A stretch of 63,830 nt of DNA, counting the filler, from Octopus bimaculoides (taxonomy: Eukaryota), in NCBI RefSeq assembly GCF_001194135.2. It is 7 parts of 6 records of this genome, joined end to end, with 100 filler letters (N's around TTAATTAATTAA, not from the genome) between each part and the next. Parts side by side here need not be neighbours in the genome. Positions count along the whole stretch, not along the records: positions 8,297 to 33,788 come from NC_068985.1; 6 more parts are not named here. The stretch is one strand, 5' to 3'. The notes under the pieces are model-generated. The model saw only the letters and a program-made list of their open reading frames with translations, did no database searches and was not told where the DNA came from. This document shows, piece after piece, positions 11,210-23,900 of the stretch; position 1 is the stretch's first letter; the number at the start of each line of letters is the position of its first letter. The position numbers and the translations under genes are program-made.

Positions 11210-11299
11210 TTATCAGTTATTTCTTCGGTAAGGTACTCGGAGTCTACTTTCAAAAAAGGATAAAACAATAACAACAAAAATAACAACCACCACCACCGA

Positions 11300-11365
<66 letters not shown>

Positions 11366-11508
11366 GAAAAGAAAACACTACAAAAAAAAACAAAACAAAA
11401 AGAAGCTTGCAAATATGGTTGTTTTTGGCTTGAAGCCAGCCGCAGCCGATTTAAGAAATTGTTATTATTTTGATGCGTTGACGAGGAATTAGAGAATTAT
11501 AAATAGTA

Positions 11509-11556
<48 letters not shown>

Positions 11557-11925
11557 GTGATGATGTAAGGATGTGCAGAGGCTGCAGAAAGTAAGTAAAA
11601 AACAACAGNNNNNNNNNNNNNNNNNNNNNNNNNNNNNNNNNNNNNNNNNNNNNNNNNNNNNNNNNNNNNNNNNNNNNNNNNNNNNNNNNNNNNNNNNNNN
11701 NNNNNNNNNNNNNNNNNNNNNNNNNNNNNNNNNNNNNNNNNNNNNNNNNNNNNNNNNNNNNNNNNNNNNNNNNNNNNNNNNNNNNNNNNNNNNNNNNNNN
11801 NNNNNNNNNNNNNNNNNNNNNNNNNNNNNNNNNNNNNNNNNNNNNNNNNNNNNNNNNNNNNNNNNNNNNNNNNNNNNNNNNNNNNNNNNNNNNNNNNNGT
11901 CGACCTCGGTCGACCTGTATATATG

Positions 11926-11957
<32 letters not shown>

Positions 11958-11963
11958 TGAATG

Positions 11964-12000
<37 letters not shown>

Positions 12001-12173
12001 CTCTATCTATGTTATTTCTTAACTGCCCACAAGGGGCTACACACAGAGGGGACAAACAAGGACAGACAAACGGATTAAGTCGATTATATCGACTCCAGTG
12101 CGTAACTGGTACTTATTTAATCGACCCCGAAAGGATAAAAGGAAAAGTCGACCTCTGTCGACCTGTATATATG

Positions 12174-12205
<32 letters not shown>

Positions 12206-12361
12206 TGTATGTCTATCTATCTATCTATCTATCTATCTATATAAGTTCAAAAAAAGACAAAAAAACAATAACAAAAAACAACAACGTAAAACAATCGTTT
12301 GTAGAAATACCTGAATCCGGAGAAGTACACTCCAAGATGTAGAGCAGTTGATATCATGGTA

Positions 12362-12515
12362 GGGTAGGCCGGTTTATGGGGTTACCTTGAGTTTTTCGCT
12401 CATTAGGGGTTCAGCCCTACGGCGAATAGGTAGGTCTCAAGCCAGAAGTGTTTGGGATCTGAAGATACCCCTAATGAGCGAGAAACTCAGGGTAAACCTA
12501 TACACCGGCCTACCC
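12362..12515. mobile_element. ~155-bp fold-back (MITE-like) with 49-bp arms
   Basis: 12362-12410 pairs with 12467-12515, with 2 mismatches and 3 G-U pairs on the + strand. Confidence 0.6.
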
Positions 12516-12516
12516 C

Positions 12517-12589
<73 letters not shown>

Positions 12590-12598
<9 letters not shown>

Positions 12599-12800
12599 TC
12601 TTTAAGTACAAGGCCTGCGATTTTGGGGGTGGGCACTAGTCGATTACATCAACCGCGCTGGGCTTAAGTGGTAATTATTTCACTGACCCCCGAAAGGATA
12701 AAAAAGCAAAGTCAACCTCGGCGTAGTTTGAACTCAGAACGTAAAGATCGACGAACATTGGCCGAGGTCGACTTTGTTTTTTCATCCTTTCGGGATCAAG
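12590..12800 (-). mobile_element. SINE family A copy with an inverted duplication of its core
   Basis: A minus-strand copy is followed by the + strand core GCCGAGGTCGACTTTG...TCATCCTTTCGGGATCA (12761-12798), which is complementary to 12684-12722. Confidence 0.75.
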
Positions 12801-14015
12801 ATGGAATTGTTTGATTTGATCATAGGCCTGTCGAGTCAGTCACAGATTACCTGGGGTTAAACTACTACAAAATCACCGGCAACAAGCGTTGTCATCAACA
12901 TGAAGAAACGTGGGGTTTTTTTTTCTACGCCCGATCATACGAGTTGTTAGAAATAGCAGCTAAATCTTCAGACCACATTCTATTTTGCACTTGATTGCAT
13001 AAAAAAAAAATGTCGTCCAGATGGTCAAGGTTTTAATCATCGCTCGTCCTTGATCATAAATCTGACCTGGGTTTAAAGAACAGCAACAACAGGCAGCGTC
13101 TACGTAGTCGAACAACTTGCTAGAAACAGCAGCAAAGTCTCACTCAGATCACTCCCCTAATTGTGTTAAAAAGAAAAAGAAATCTCAAATAAGTGGACGG
13201 ATTAATGTGATAAAATAATCTTAGATTCATCCTCCGCAAAAACTAAATTGGCGTGATGGTCACGGTTGGGATGCCGTTCAGCGTAGTTCTCTGCTTGATC
13301 AGGTTGGCTTAGAAGATGCTAAATAAACAACCAGAATCGTCATTGTCGCTGATGCATGTTGTTGTGTCTGTTGTTAAACGAAGTTGCGTCTCGTCTGTTG
13401 TGAGATTAGCGACAACGTTGTTATGTCACATATTTACTTATCGTTGCTGTTATTTCTACATGCACTCTCTCCCTCCCAAAAACTGACACACACACATATA
13501 TATATATATAAGTATACATATATTGTGTAAGATATAAGTTAGAGGTTATGCAACAATCTAAGGGATAGATGTATCTGTAGGCACTCCTGGTGTATTACCT
13601 CAGTACGTAGTCTTCGGTATACGGTAGTAGGTAATTTAAAGTTAAAACCGTTGTTTAATATATATTTTAATTAAATAATGACTTCAAAACACCAATGATT
13701 CACTTCTCATTCTTAATTATTGCTCCATTTCTTATCGTCTTTCTCTCTCTCTTTCTTTTAATATATATATGTATATATGTATGTATATATGTATATGTAT
13801 GTGTTATAAATGCTTTCAAACGCCTAAATGCATTATGGCAGTTAATTCGTTGCATTTGTAAGAGGTTAGTGTAATTTCATACGCGAACCACGGAAACATA
13901 AATAAACACACAGGCATATATATACATACACACGTGTGTATGTGCATACACACGTGTGTATATCATGTACCCAACATATATATATACGCATGTAAGCATG
14001 TGTATATATACACAT

Positions 14016-14052
<37 letters not shown>

Positions 14053-14375
14053 TCACACGCACACACATATATATATATACTTACAAATACATACAGATTT
14101 ATGTAGCCGCGTTAGAATGTGGACGCATGCGTGTGCGAGCGTGTATTTGTGTTCTTCATTGCCGGGTATGCTAAATATTTTGGGTTGTACGATGATGAAC
14201 CGGGAGTATGGTAGATTAGGTGCCAACTAATCAGTAAGTTTCCGGTCAGCGGTTCATTCCCGGTGCTAAAATTGGAACCGAGTCCCTAGTGTATTTATGC
14301 ATATATGTATGTATGCATATATATGTATATGTATGTAATATCTATATGTGTATGTATGCATGCATGTGTGAATTT

Positions 14376-14430
<55 letters not shown>

Positions 14431-14541
14431 CTCTATCTATCTAGGTGGATGGATGGACGGATGGATGTTTTCAGTACCTTAGGACTCGACCCTCTTATGA
14501 AGTAAAAATTCGGCACATTTATACGTATGATAAAAACTCAG

Positions 14542-14592
<51 letters not shown>

Positions 14593-15248
14593 ACACACAC
14601 ACACACTAAGTACACACAAAGTACACACACAAAACACATACATATGTACGGAGTCAACGACAAAACGTCTACGTGTCGCTCGATTTGCTAGACATAGCAG
14701 TTAAATCGTCTTAAACCAAGAGAACCCCCCCCCCACAAAAGACGTATAATTGTAAAATGTAGTATTCTTAAATACACTATGTTTGCATTTAAAACAGGGC
14801 AGTCGCCGCTGGAACACATTTAAGCGCAGTTAGACCTGACCTGGGACTAAACGACAACATTTGTGTATATAATATACGCGTGTGTTAATGAAATTAATAT
14901 ATAAACGATTGCAATTGCTGGTGTACCAACGATTTTTTATATATACACGCTACGCATGTTTTTCCACAACCTCGGCGTCTTTGTTTCTCTGTTTACATGT
15001 ATTTATTCACACATTTATGTGTGTGCTTATTTGAATATAAGTCTGGATGTGTGTCTATGTGTGTGCGTATATGCTAACAGTATTGTATACATGTGCATAT
15101 ATCTGTCTATTTGTTATATGCATACTTGCCTAAATACTAACACAGTGTGTGACTGTGTGTGTACATATATGTGTATGTATGTATGTATGTATGTATGTAT
15201 ATATATATATGCATACGTATACATTTATACTTGCATATGATACATATA

Positions 15249-15287
<39 letters not shown>

Positions 15288-15994
15288 TAGAGAGAGAGAT
15301 ATATAGAGAGAGATGCGTATATATATGTATATATATATATATATATATATACACTCGATGCTACTCGCGATATTTGCGTACAATTGCAAATTCACTGCGA
15401 AGCTATGCGCATAAACGTACACAGCTATATACGTATTTAATGCACACAAACGTTAAATATAAATATCTACAAGCAATACAGCATTCATTTATATACATAT
15501 CTCCGTACATTTAGCATCACAATAAATCAACAACTGTAGGCATTTACACATATAACATTTCACTCTTCTTTGTATTTATTCATTTATTATTATTATCATT
15601 ATTATTTTGTTATATTCGGCGTAGTGTGACTTTCACCATATAAGCTAGAGGTATTTTTGACTACGTGAGTACGCGATACTAAAAGCTAAACCTCCCATTG
15701 GTTGAAACCGGGGCCGCCATCATTTTTATTGAGCAATCGTAGTAAACTGTGTCTCTTCACGGCGTAATCAACATTCTCATTCATAAAAATTCACTCTCTC
15801 CCTTTCTCTCTCTCTGCCTCTGTCTTTCTCTCTTACTCGCTCTTTCTCTCTTTAAGCCGATGTATATTGCGTAGTTTCGTTGGCCGATAACTGTACCAAC
15901 CACGTCACATCGACCGACCGTCCGATCGACCAACCGACCAGAGACTTTTTTATTTATTTATTTATTAGTTTATTTACTTTTTCTACTACTACTG

Positions 15995-16042
<48 letters not shown>

Positions 16043-16180
16043 TTTAAGAAATATTTTATTCCACGTAACCGCTCCGACCCCACCCAGCATGTCATGCATA
16101 TCCTTGTGCTGTCTCCTTCATCCGCCGTCCCGGTACAAATAAGAGAATCGGCATCATCATCATCATTATCGTCAACATCG

Positions 16181-16214
<34 letters not shown>

Positions 16215-16512
16215 GAGCGTAACGAAGGAGGGCCTCAATGCGGTCGCCTTTTCGTACTAGAAACAGCAGCCAAAACATTGAAACATTCCTGAAATCGCGC
16301 GTAACGCATCGCCTCCCACATCCTACCAAAAACAAACAAACACACACACACACACAAAAGAAAAAAAAAGGCTGAAATAGCATGTTAGATGATAGATAAT
16401 GCGTTAAATGACTTCGATATACTCACCCCCTTCCATTTATGGATTATTAAAGGGGGAGAAAATACGAGTGGCTTATACTACGATAGAATGTTGACCTGAT
16501 ACTCAACGCATT

Positions 16513-16575
<63 letters not shown>

Positions 16576-16760
16576 CACTACTACTACTACTACTACTATT
16601 GTATAACATGCACGTAACTGTAACATATTATAAGCATAGCATATATGCATATGTACTTAACATAATACTCAAGAAATTCACGTAACGTATTCACAGCTCA
16701 CTTTTACACACAAGCACACATGTCTATGTGCGCGTGTACGCGTGCCTCTGTGTGTGTGTA

Positions 16761-16829
<69 letters not shown>

Positions 16830-17677
16830 CATATAAACGCAACATACCCGCAACACATACACAGCACACATGACATATACATAACATACACATACATACA
16901 TACATACATACATACATACGCACTTTGTCCTTGTTATTTTTGGCTCTTACGCAATATTTAGAATACTTTTGTGACACGGTAGTTTTTTTTCTTTTTTCCC
17001 TCTCTCACTCTCTTCTCTTTTCTTCTCTATTTCACTCGCACTCTCTTTCTCCCCCTCCCATACCCACCTTCTCCCTCTCTTACATCCACCTTCCCCTTCC
17101 CCCTTCATCGTCAACACCCCCTCATGAGCTCATCCCACCACACCCCAACAGACTCCTACTATACCTTCCCACTCCACCCNNNNNNNNNNNNNNNNNNNNN
17201 NNNNNNNNNNNNNNNNNNNNNNNNNNNNNNNNNNNNNNNNNNNNNNNNNNNNNNNNNNNNNNNNNNNNNNNNNNNNNNNNNNNNNNNNNNNNNNNNNNNN
17301 NNNNNNNNNNNNNNNNNNNNNNNNNNNNNNNNNNNNNNNNNNNNNNNNNNNNNNNNNNNNNNNNNNNNNNNNNNNNNNNNNNNNNNNNNNNNNNNNNNNN
17401 NNNNNNNNNNNNNNNNNNNNNNNNNNNNNNNNNNNNNNNNNNNNNNNNNNNNNNNNNNNNNNNNNNNNNNNNNNNNNNNNNNNNNNNNNNNNNATATATA
17501 TATATATATATAATATATATATATATATACATATATATGTATATACATATATATATATATACATATATATATATACATATAATGTATATGTATATATAGG
17601 TATCCATCCATCCATCCATCTATCTATCTACCCATCTTTCCGTCCGTCTGTCCGTCTGTCTATCAATCAATCAATCA

Positions 17678-17717
<40 letters not shown>

Positions 17718-18085
17718 GCCTATCTGTCTGACTGTTTGTGCATGTATGTATGTATATATACGAATGTATATAAACATAAGCTAACACAAGCTAAGAATAA
17801 GAAATACCCTGTGTGCGTTCGTTCGATAGGCAAGAAAAAAACAGCCAAATGTCCTTCAAATTACGTTTTTTCAGCTTAGCAATAAAACGATCGCAATTGA
17901 AACATCCTTGGAATCTGCTCTGCTCTGCTCGATCAAGGTTGACCTGGGGTTAAACAGCTACAAAAATAGCAATGCATATGTGTATAACTACATTTACCGG
18001 CATATGTTTATTAGTTCATATGTGCGAACTCTTCCTGTATGAGTGCATACAAGCGAGTGCGAGTGCGAGTTCGAGTGCGAGTGCG

Positions 18086-18120
<35 letters not shown>

Positions 18121-18354
18121 TTGAATATATGCTTCATGCAGGAATATTTAAACGTGATGTAATATACCTACGGCTTGTATTGGTTTCCGTGAAATATATA
18201 CGTTAAACACCCGGTCTCCACATGAATGTAAAGTATACGCATGTGAGTCGATCGTGTGTGTGTGTATAAGGCTGTAATTATTATAAATCGCTGGAAGGTG
18301 CAGTGTGACTCAAAAGGCCAGAGTTTCGTGCATATTAATAGTCAGAACTTGATA

Positions 18355-18846
18355 AGTACCATACCCAAAACATTCGGCCTAACGATGGGCTACAGCAAAT
18401 ATTCTGCTCAATACCACAGATTTGCTTGTCAGTTGCTTGACCTTAACCATTTGGGCATGTCCCTTGGTGGCTGACGATATGCGCATCTCCGATCTCGAAC
18501 AGGAGTAGTGGTGGAGCATCATAGCCATGTGTTGAGAGGATTTCTTTGGAGTTTGAATAATTCACTTTTGGAAACATAGGTATTTCATTCAACATCCTTA
18601 AACAATCCTTATTCAGGGACCTTTTGAGTGGGATGGGTTACTCGACCTGAAGAGAAATTCTAATTGAGTCCAACCAGCAAGGTCATGCGATGTTTATCTT
18701 GATGTGAAATTACCATGTCGGGTACATATGGCTGTGATGCATGTACCTGGTGTACCCTTATCAGACGGGTAGTCATGATGGGTATAATGGGCTTCGTATA
18801 TTTGTACCCCAGTGTCACTTTGATGGCATGCACTGCTCTCTCACTC
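18355..18846 (+). mobile_element. Unclassified ~500-bp interspersed repeat ending in (AAT)n (copy 1)
   Basis: 18460-18846 is the reverse complement of 62135-62520 with substantial divergence. Both copies end at ...GCACTGCTCTCTCACTC next to a TAA tract. Confidence 0.8.
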
Positions 18847-18850
18847 AATT

Positions 18851-18896
<46 letters not shown>

Positions 18897-19786
18897 TGTT
18901 TCCTTTATTGGCCACAAGAGCCGAACACAAGACACATGGCGACAATACAACACAAGGGACAAGTGGGGTTTAGTACAGAGTCGTGTAGGAAAAAAAAGCA
19001 ACAACAATTAGCAATAAGATTAAACAATAAAATCTCCAAAAGCTGGGGAGTTCACCCCTGGGGTAACCGAGGAACCTCACACATCCTGGTTACCCCGACC
19101 GCCAGGTGCACCTCTCATTTAATAATCCGTTCTAATTTTGGCACAAAGCCAGCAATTTCGAGTGTTACTTATTTTATTGACCCCCCCCCCCCAAAGGATG
19201 AAAGGCAAACTCGATCTCAGTGGTATTTGAACTCAGAATGTTCACAGCCGAAAGAAATATCGCTGAACATTTTGTTCGACGCGCTAGTAATACAGCCATT
19301 TCGCAGCCGCATTAATAATAGATTTTATGTATGCGAGTATATACACACGTATACAAAACATATACACACACGTGTACTTCACACACATACACACACAAAC
19401 ACACAGAGTATCACACACACACACACACAAACACGCTTTCTCTCACACATACACTCTTTCTCCCTCACTCACACACAATGAGCATTTTTGCACTCTCATG
19501 CCTTCGAAAATCACATTTTCTATCTCTCTCTCTCTCTACAACTTCCAGTCAGTTATTTTACGGTCATCTAACGACACACGTGTTTTTATCAGATTATCTG
19601 CTCCGTTCCCTTTCTCTTCCTCTCTGGACTTTTTATTCCTTCCGACGAAGAGCCATGCTCGAAATGTCATTTCCCCTCCTATTTTTCTATCTAAAACTTT
19701 CAATGAGCGTCACTTCTCATATATTTACCTGCGTACATCTAATTGACTTTTGTTGTTTTTCCCTATTTTGTGTTTTTGATTTGCAT

Positions 19787-20197
19787 AGGAGTGGCTGTGT
19801 GGTAAGTAGCTTGCTTACCAACCACATGGTTCCGGGTTCATTTTCACTGCGTGGCACCTTGGGCAAGTGTCTTCTACTATAGCCTCGAGCCGACCAGAGC
19901 CTTGTGAGTGGATTTGGTAGACGGAAACTGAAAGAAGCCCATCGTATATATGTATACGTATATATATATGTATGTGTGTATATGTTTGTGTGTCTGTGTT
20001 CCCCCCCCCCCACATCGCTTGACAAACGATGCTGGTGTGTTTACGTCCCCGTAACTTAGCGGTTTGGCAAAAGAGGCCGATAGAATAAGTACTAGGCTTC
20101 CAAAGAATAAGTCCTGGGGTCGATTTGCTCGACTAAAGGCAGTGCTCCAGCATGGTCGCAGTCAAATGACTGAAACATGTAAAAGAGAAAGAGAAAA
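19787..20197 (+). mobile_element. SINE family B, full length (tRNA-like head, CORE-like CCTTGGGCAAGT, internal TA/TG microsatellite, AGTAAAAG-type tail)
   Basis: Matches copies at 22641-23041 (-) and 37173-37587 (+), and partial copies at ~31045-31258, ~33120-33230 and 53748-53983. Confidence 0.9.
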
Positions 20198-20376
20198 TAC
20201 ACACACACACACACACACACACATGTATGTACGTACACACACATACATATATACTGATGGATTGAGTTCCTGTTTGTTGTACAAAATCTCTCTCTCCCTT
20301 TCTCTCTCTTTCTCTGCATATATGTATACATACATACGTGTATATATGATAGATCTCTGACCACTACATTTATATA

Positions 20377-20523
20377 TTTTTTCTCTCCTTGTTTCTCTCC
20401 TTATTTCTTTCTGTGTTCCTATCAGTTGAAGAGCGGAGGCTCGAAACGTCAAAGACTTTCTCTACATCCATTTGTTGTTTACACCACCTGTCTTCGTCTG
20501 TTGTTTTTTTCGTAAATTCTCCC
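20377..20523 (+). mobile_element. Short TA-flanked element carrying a decayed minimal type-I hammerhead-like motif (20423-20454)
   Basis: CAGTTGA-A-GAGC-GGAG-GCTC-GAAAC-GTC-AAAG: stem II, GAAA and the ACGT palindrome are intact, but the CUGANGA box is corrupted. It is homologous to 61130-61248. Confidence 0.55.
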
Positions 20524-22399
20524 ATATATATATATATATATAATATTGTTGTAGGCGCACACACACTCACACCTTTGGCCCGCAGGCGTACTGTTTCTTC
20601 GGATATGTCTCCTATTGATACCCAAAACAACGTGGGTAGAAAATAAAATCTAATTTTCTATAAAAAAGAAAAGCGTATATTTACGTTGAGTCTGTACTAA
20701 TCTGAGTGCAATGTAGTGCTTCTATGATTTATAGAATTAAACCTTGTTAACCCTTGCACTACAATTTATGCAAATTAAGATACTCTCATTTAACTTTAGC
20801 CGTGATGTTTTGTTTTATATAAGCTGTTCGAAAATGCAGAACCGATCTCTGATGAAACGAAAGAAACCTCGGAAACTAGCTAGTCCATGTGGTTTAACCG
20901 CGTTATCTACATGGAGAGATTAAAGACGTAAATACTGAAGTCCACACCTGTAGGTTTACATATCAGCTATTTCTTGTTTCCTTCTTTCCTTCTTTTGCTC
21001 TCATTTCCACGTGGAGTTGTAAAGACGCCTTTGCGAGATGCGGCGTGTGTCTCAGGCATTTTACACTTGGCGGATAATATGTTTGTCCATATAAATATTC
21101 ATACATACATTCAAAAATACATACATTCATACGTACGTACATACCCACATACATAGGTACATACTCTTTTACTCTTTTACTTGTTTCAGTCATTTGGCAT
21201 AGAAACCGGGAAACCGGGCCCATGAGCCTGGCTAGGCTTGAAAAGGGCGCATAAATGAATAAATAAAAAATATACAATAATGATAATTACCTGTAAAATA
21301 ATTCAAATATAATGATCCTTTCCGTTATAGACACGAGGCCTGGAATTTCGTGGGATGTGGGTAGTCGATTACATCGATCCCAATGCTCAACTGGTACTTA
21401 TTTAATCGACTCCAAAAGGATGAAAGACAACGTTGACCCCGATGTAATTTGAACCTAGAAGCTTTTTTGCCCTGTGTGCTATCGATTCTACTTGCTCACC
21501 GCTTTATGTTAAATGATACAACCCCACAACACCAAGTAGGATAACTATACATAGCAAAATCTTGATTGCCCTCAACATCAATAACATGTGCTTTCTGCAA
21601 GGTATCACCATCACATTCTAGACAGCTGAGCCATCCAGTCATTCTCGATTCACCTTTGAGACTCGACTCACCACTAAGTTTTAAGTTTTTCTTAATCCTA
21701 TTGTCGTTACCTCTTTTCGCGAAGGTGCGTGGCTTGGCGGTTAGAGATATTCGGCTCACGATTGTGCGTTCGATTCCCAGTGACTCGTTGTGTAGTTGAA
21801 CAAGACACTTCATTTCACGTTCCTCCAGTCTGAACAGCTGGCAAAAATAATCAGTACCTGTAATTCAAATGGCCAGCCTTATCACATCCTGTGTCACACC
21901 AAATCTCCCTGAGAACCACCTTAAAGGTACGCGTGTCTGTTGAGCGCTCTGCCATTTGTACGATAATTTTACGAGTAGTCTTTTTATTATCGAATCGACT
22001 GGAACACTCGTCGTCGTAACCGACGGAGTGCCATTTTATCTCTTTCGTCTCTACGCTCTCCTTCCACTTTATGTTCTTGCTGTTATAACTATTGCTGATA
22101 TCATTTAATCTTCCTGCTCATTCGTGATTGAGTAGATCTATCATCACACGTGTTATAATCGTGTCCATGTTGCGTGTTTGTAAAGGCATATTGTGTGTTT
22201 CCCTTCCAATACATTTCTCATTCAGTGCTTGATAAAAATCTCAGCATGCTCTCACCGGCTTATCTATACTGTCATTAGGCCTACGTGTCCACGCTTGTCA
22301 ACTGTGGCTTTGGTATGGTACCCACATTATCGAGTAGGTGACCCTTTCCATCGGTGTGCTCTATATATGACAACGTCATCACATGTCTTTTGTCTTCTA

Positions 22400-22600
22400 G
22401 AACGGTAAAGTGTGATTTTGATGGACATTTTGTTGCCATTTCTAGCAAGTTCTATAAACACGTGGGTGTTCTCCTGTTGGCATGTTTCGCTTTATGTTAA
22501 CGCGATCCTGGAATAAGTCAAACGAGTGAGTCTCTATGTAGTCGATCCTTGTGTTAGAAATAGCAACCAAATCTTACTCAAATCGCACCCACCATACCGA
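22400..22600. mobile_element. MITE-like family D copy with ~45-bp degenerate inverted arms (motif CTAGAAATAGCAGCCAAAT)
   Basis: The left arm ...GTGTGATTTTGATGGACATTTTGTTGCCATTTCTAGCA is complementary to the right arm TGTTAGAAATAGCAACCAAATCTTACTCAAATCGCAC. The arm motif recurs near 12947, 13121, 14687, 16258, 39660 and 41420. Confidence 0.5.
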
Positions 22601-22640
22601 TGTTTTCTTTTAAAAAAGAAAGGCACATTTGTCAATCAAC

Positions 22641-23041
22641 CCTTTTACTTGTTTCAGTCATTTGATTGTGGCGATGCTGGAGCAGCGCCTTTAGTCGAGC
22701 AAATCGACCCCAGGACTTATTCTTTATAAGCCTAGTACTTATTCTATCGGTCTCTGTTGCCGAACCACTAAGTTACGGGAACGTAAACACACCAGCATCT
22801 GTTGTCAAGCGATGTGGAGGGGGGGGGAGAACAAACATATACACACACACCAATACATATATATATATACACACACATACGATGGGCTTCTTTCAGTTTC
22901 CGTCTACCAAATCCACTCACAAAGCTTTGGTCGGCCCGAGGCTATAGTAGTAGAAAACACTAGCCCAAGGTGCCACGCAGTGGGACTGAACCCGGAACCA
23001 TGTGGTTGGTATGCAAGCTACTTACCACACAGCCATTCCTA
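22641..23041 (-). mobile_element. SINE family B, full length
   Basis: Reverse complement of the 19787-20197 copy, with scattered substitutions. Confidence 0.9.
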
Positions 23042-23231
23042 CGTCTATAAGGTGTAGTTTATGATATTAAAAAGGATGGAATTTATTACAGAGCCACTCT
23101 ACCAAATCTCACCAGGAGTTAAACAGTAATATCAACAAATGATACTGGAAGAAGGTTATGGGGCCTTTCAACCAAAGAGAAAAGACCTAACTACAAAGTT
23201 TTTAACTTCCTTCATCACACTATTTCATTTT

Positions 23232-23760
23232 TAAAACGCTCCACCAAACTGAATCCTCCATCGCGTTAACTCTTTTGTATAACGCTCTTCAAACTGATGC
23301 CTTTATCTCATTAGCTCTAATGTATAACGTACTACCAATGGATTCGTTCACTGCATCTTATTCCCCCATCACATTACCTCTTTAGTATAACGTTCTCCAA
23401 ACTGATTCCTCCATTTCTCTGTGCTTTTTGTATAACACTCTCTATATTAATTCCGCCTTCACTCTATCCCTTCTATATAACACTCTACCAACTAATTCCT
23501 GTTCACCCTTACCTACATTATAAAGCTCTCTAAGTGTATTCCACCATCACCGTATATCTCTTTTGTATAACGTTCTCTAATCTGACTCCTCCAACAACCT
23601 ACATATACTTCTGTATAACACTGTGCAAACTGATCCCTCCATCGTCGTAGCTTTTCTACATAATGTCCTCGTCTCATTCTTCAATCACCTCTACTTCTGT
23701 ATAACGCTCCACCATCTAATTTCTCCATCACACTGTTTCGTATAATCTCCCTCAAACCAT
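23232..23760. repeat. Degenerate ~45-bp tandem array (~12 units), consensus ~TATAACGCTCTCCAAACTGATTCCTCCATCAC..CTTTTG
   Basis: TATAAC-type anchors at 23232, 23278, 23323, 23386, 23431, 23476, 23519, 23566, 23614, 23659, 23700 and 23741. Confidence 0.85.
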
Positions 23761-23900
23761 AGCTCTCTGTCCTAAGAACAGAAAGAATATATCGGATAAT
23801 AATCTTGGATAACCAATTTTTGATGGAATGGCAACCAATACAATTGATCTAGTCACAAATCTACTCACTCGCCGTCTATCTTGAGTTTACACAACAATAG

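Noticed and set aside
11500-11598. Strong-looking donor AAA|GTAAGT after a poly-Asp frame
   Set aside because: There is no credible acceptor or start codon, and the poly-Asp is a (GAT)n microsatellite.
11899-12240. ~248-bp tandem duplication (GTCGACCTC.GTCGACCTGTATATATG at 11899 and 12147)
   Set aside because: It starts at a gap edge and differs mainly in microsatellite length, so it is probably two haplotypes assembled in tandem.
20824-20883. Possible phase-0 second exon LFENAEPISDETKETSETS*
   Set aside because: It hits a stop with no donor and has a weak acceptor. Its CTGATGA..GAAA also lacks a stem II, so it is not a hammerhead either.
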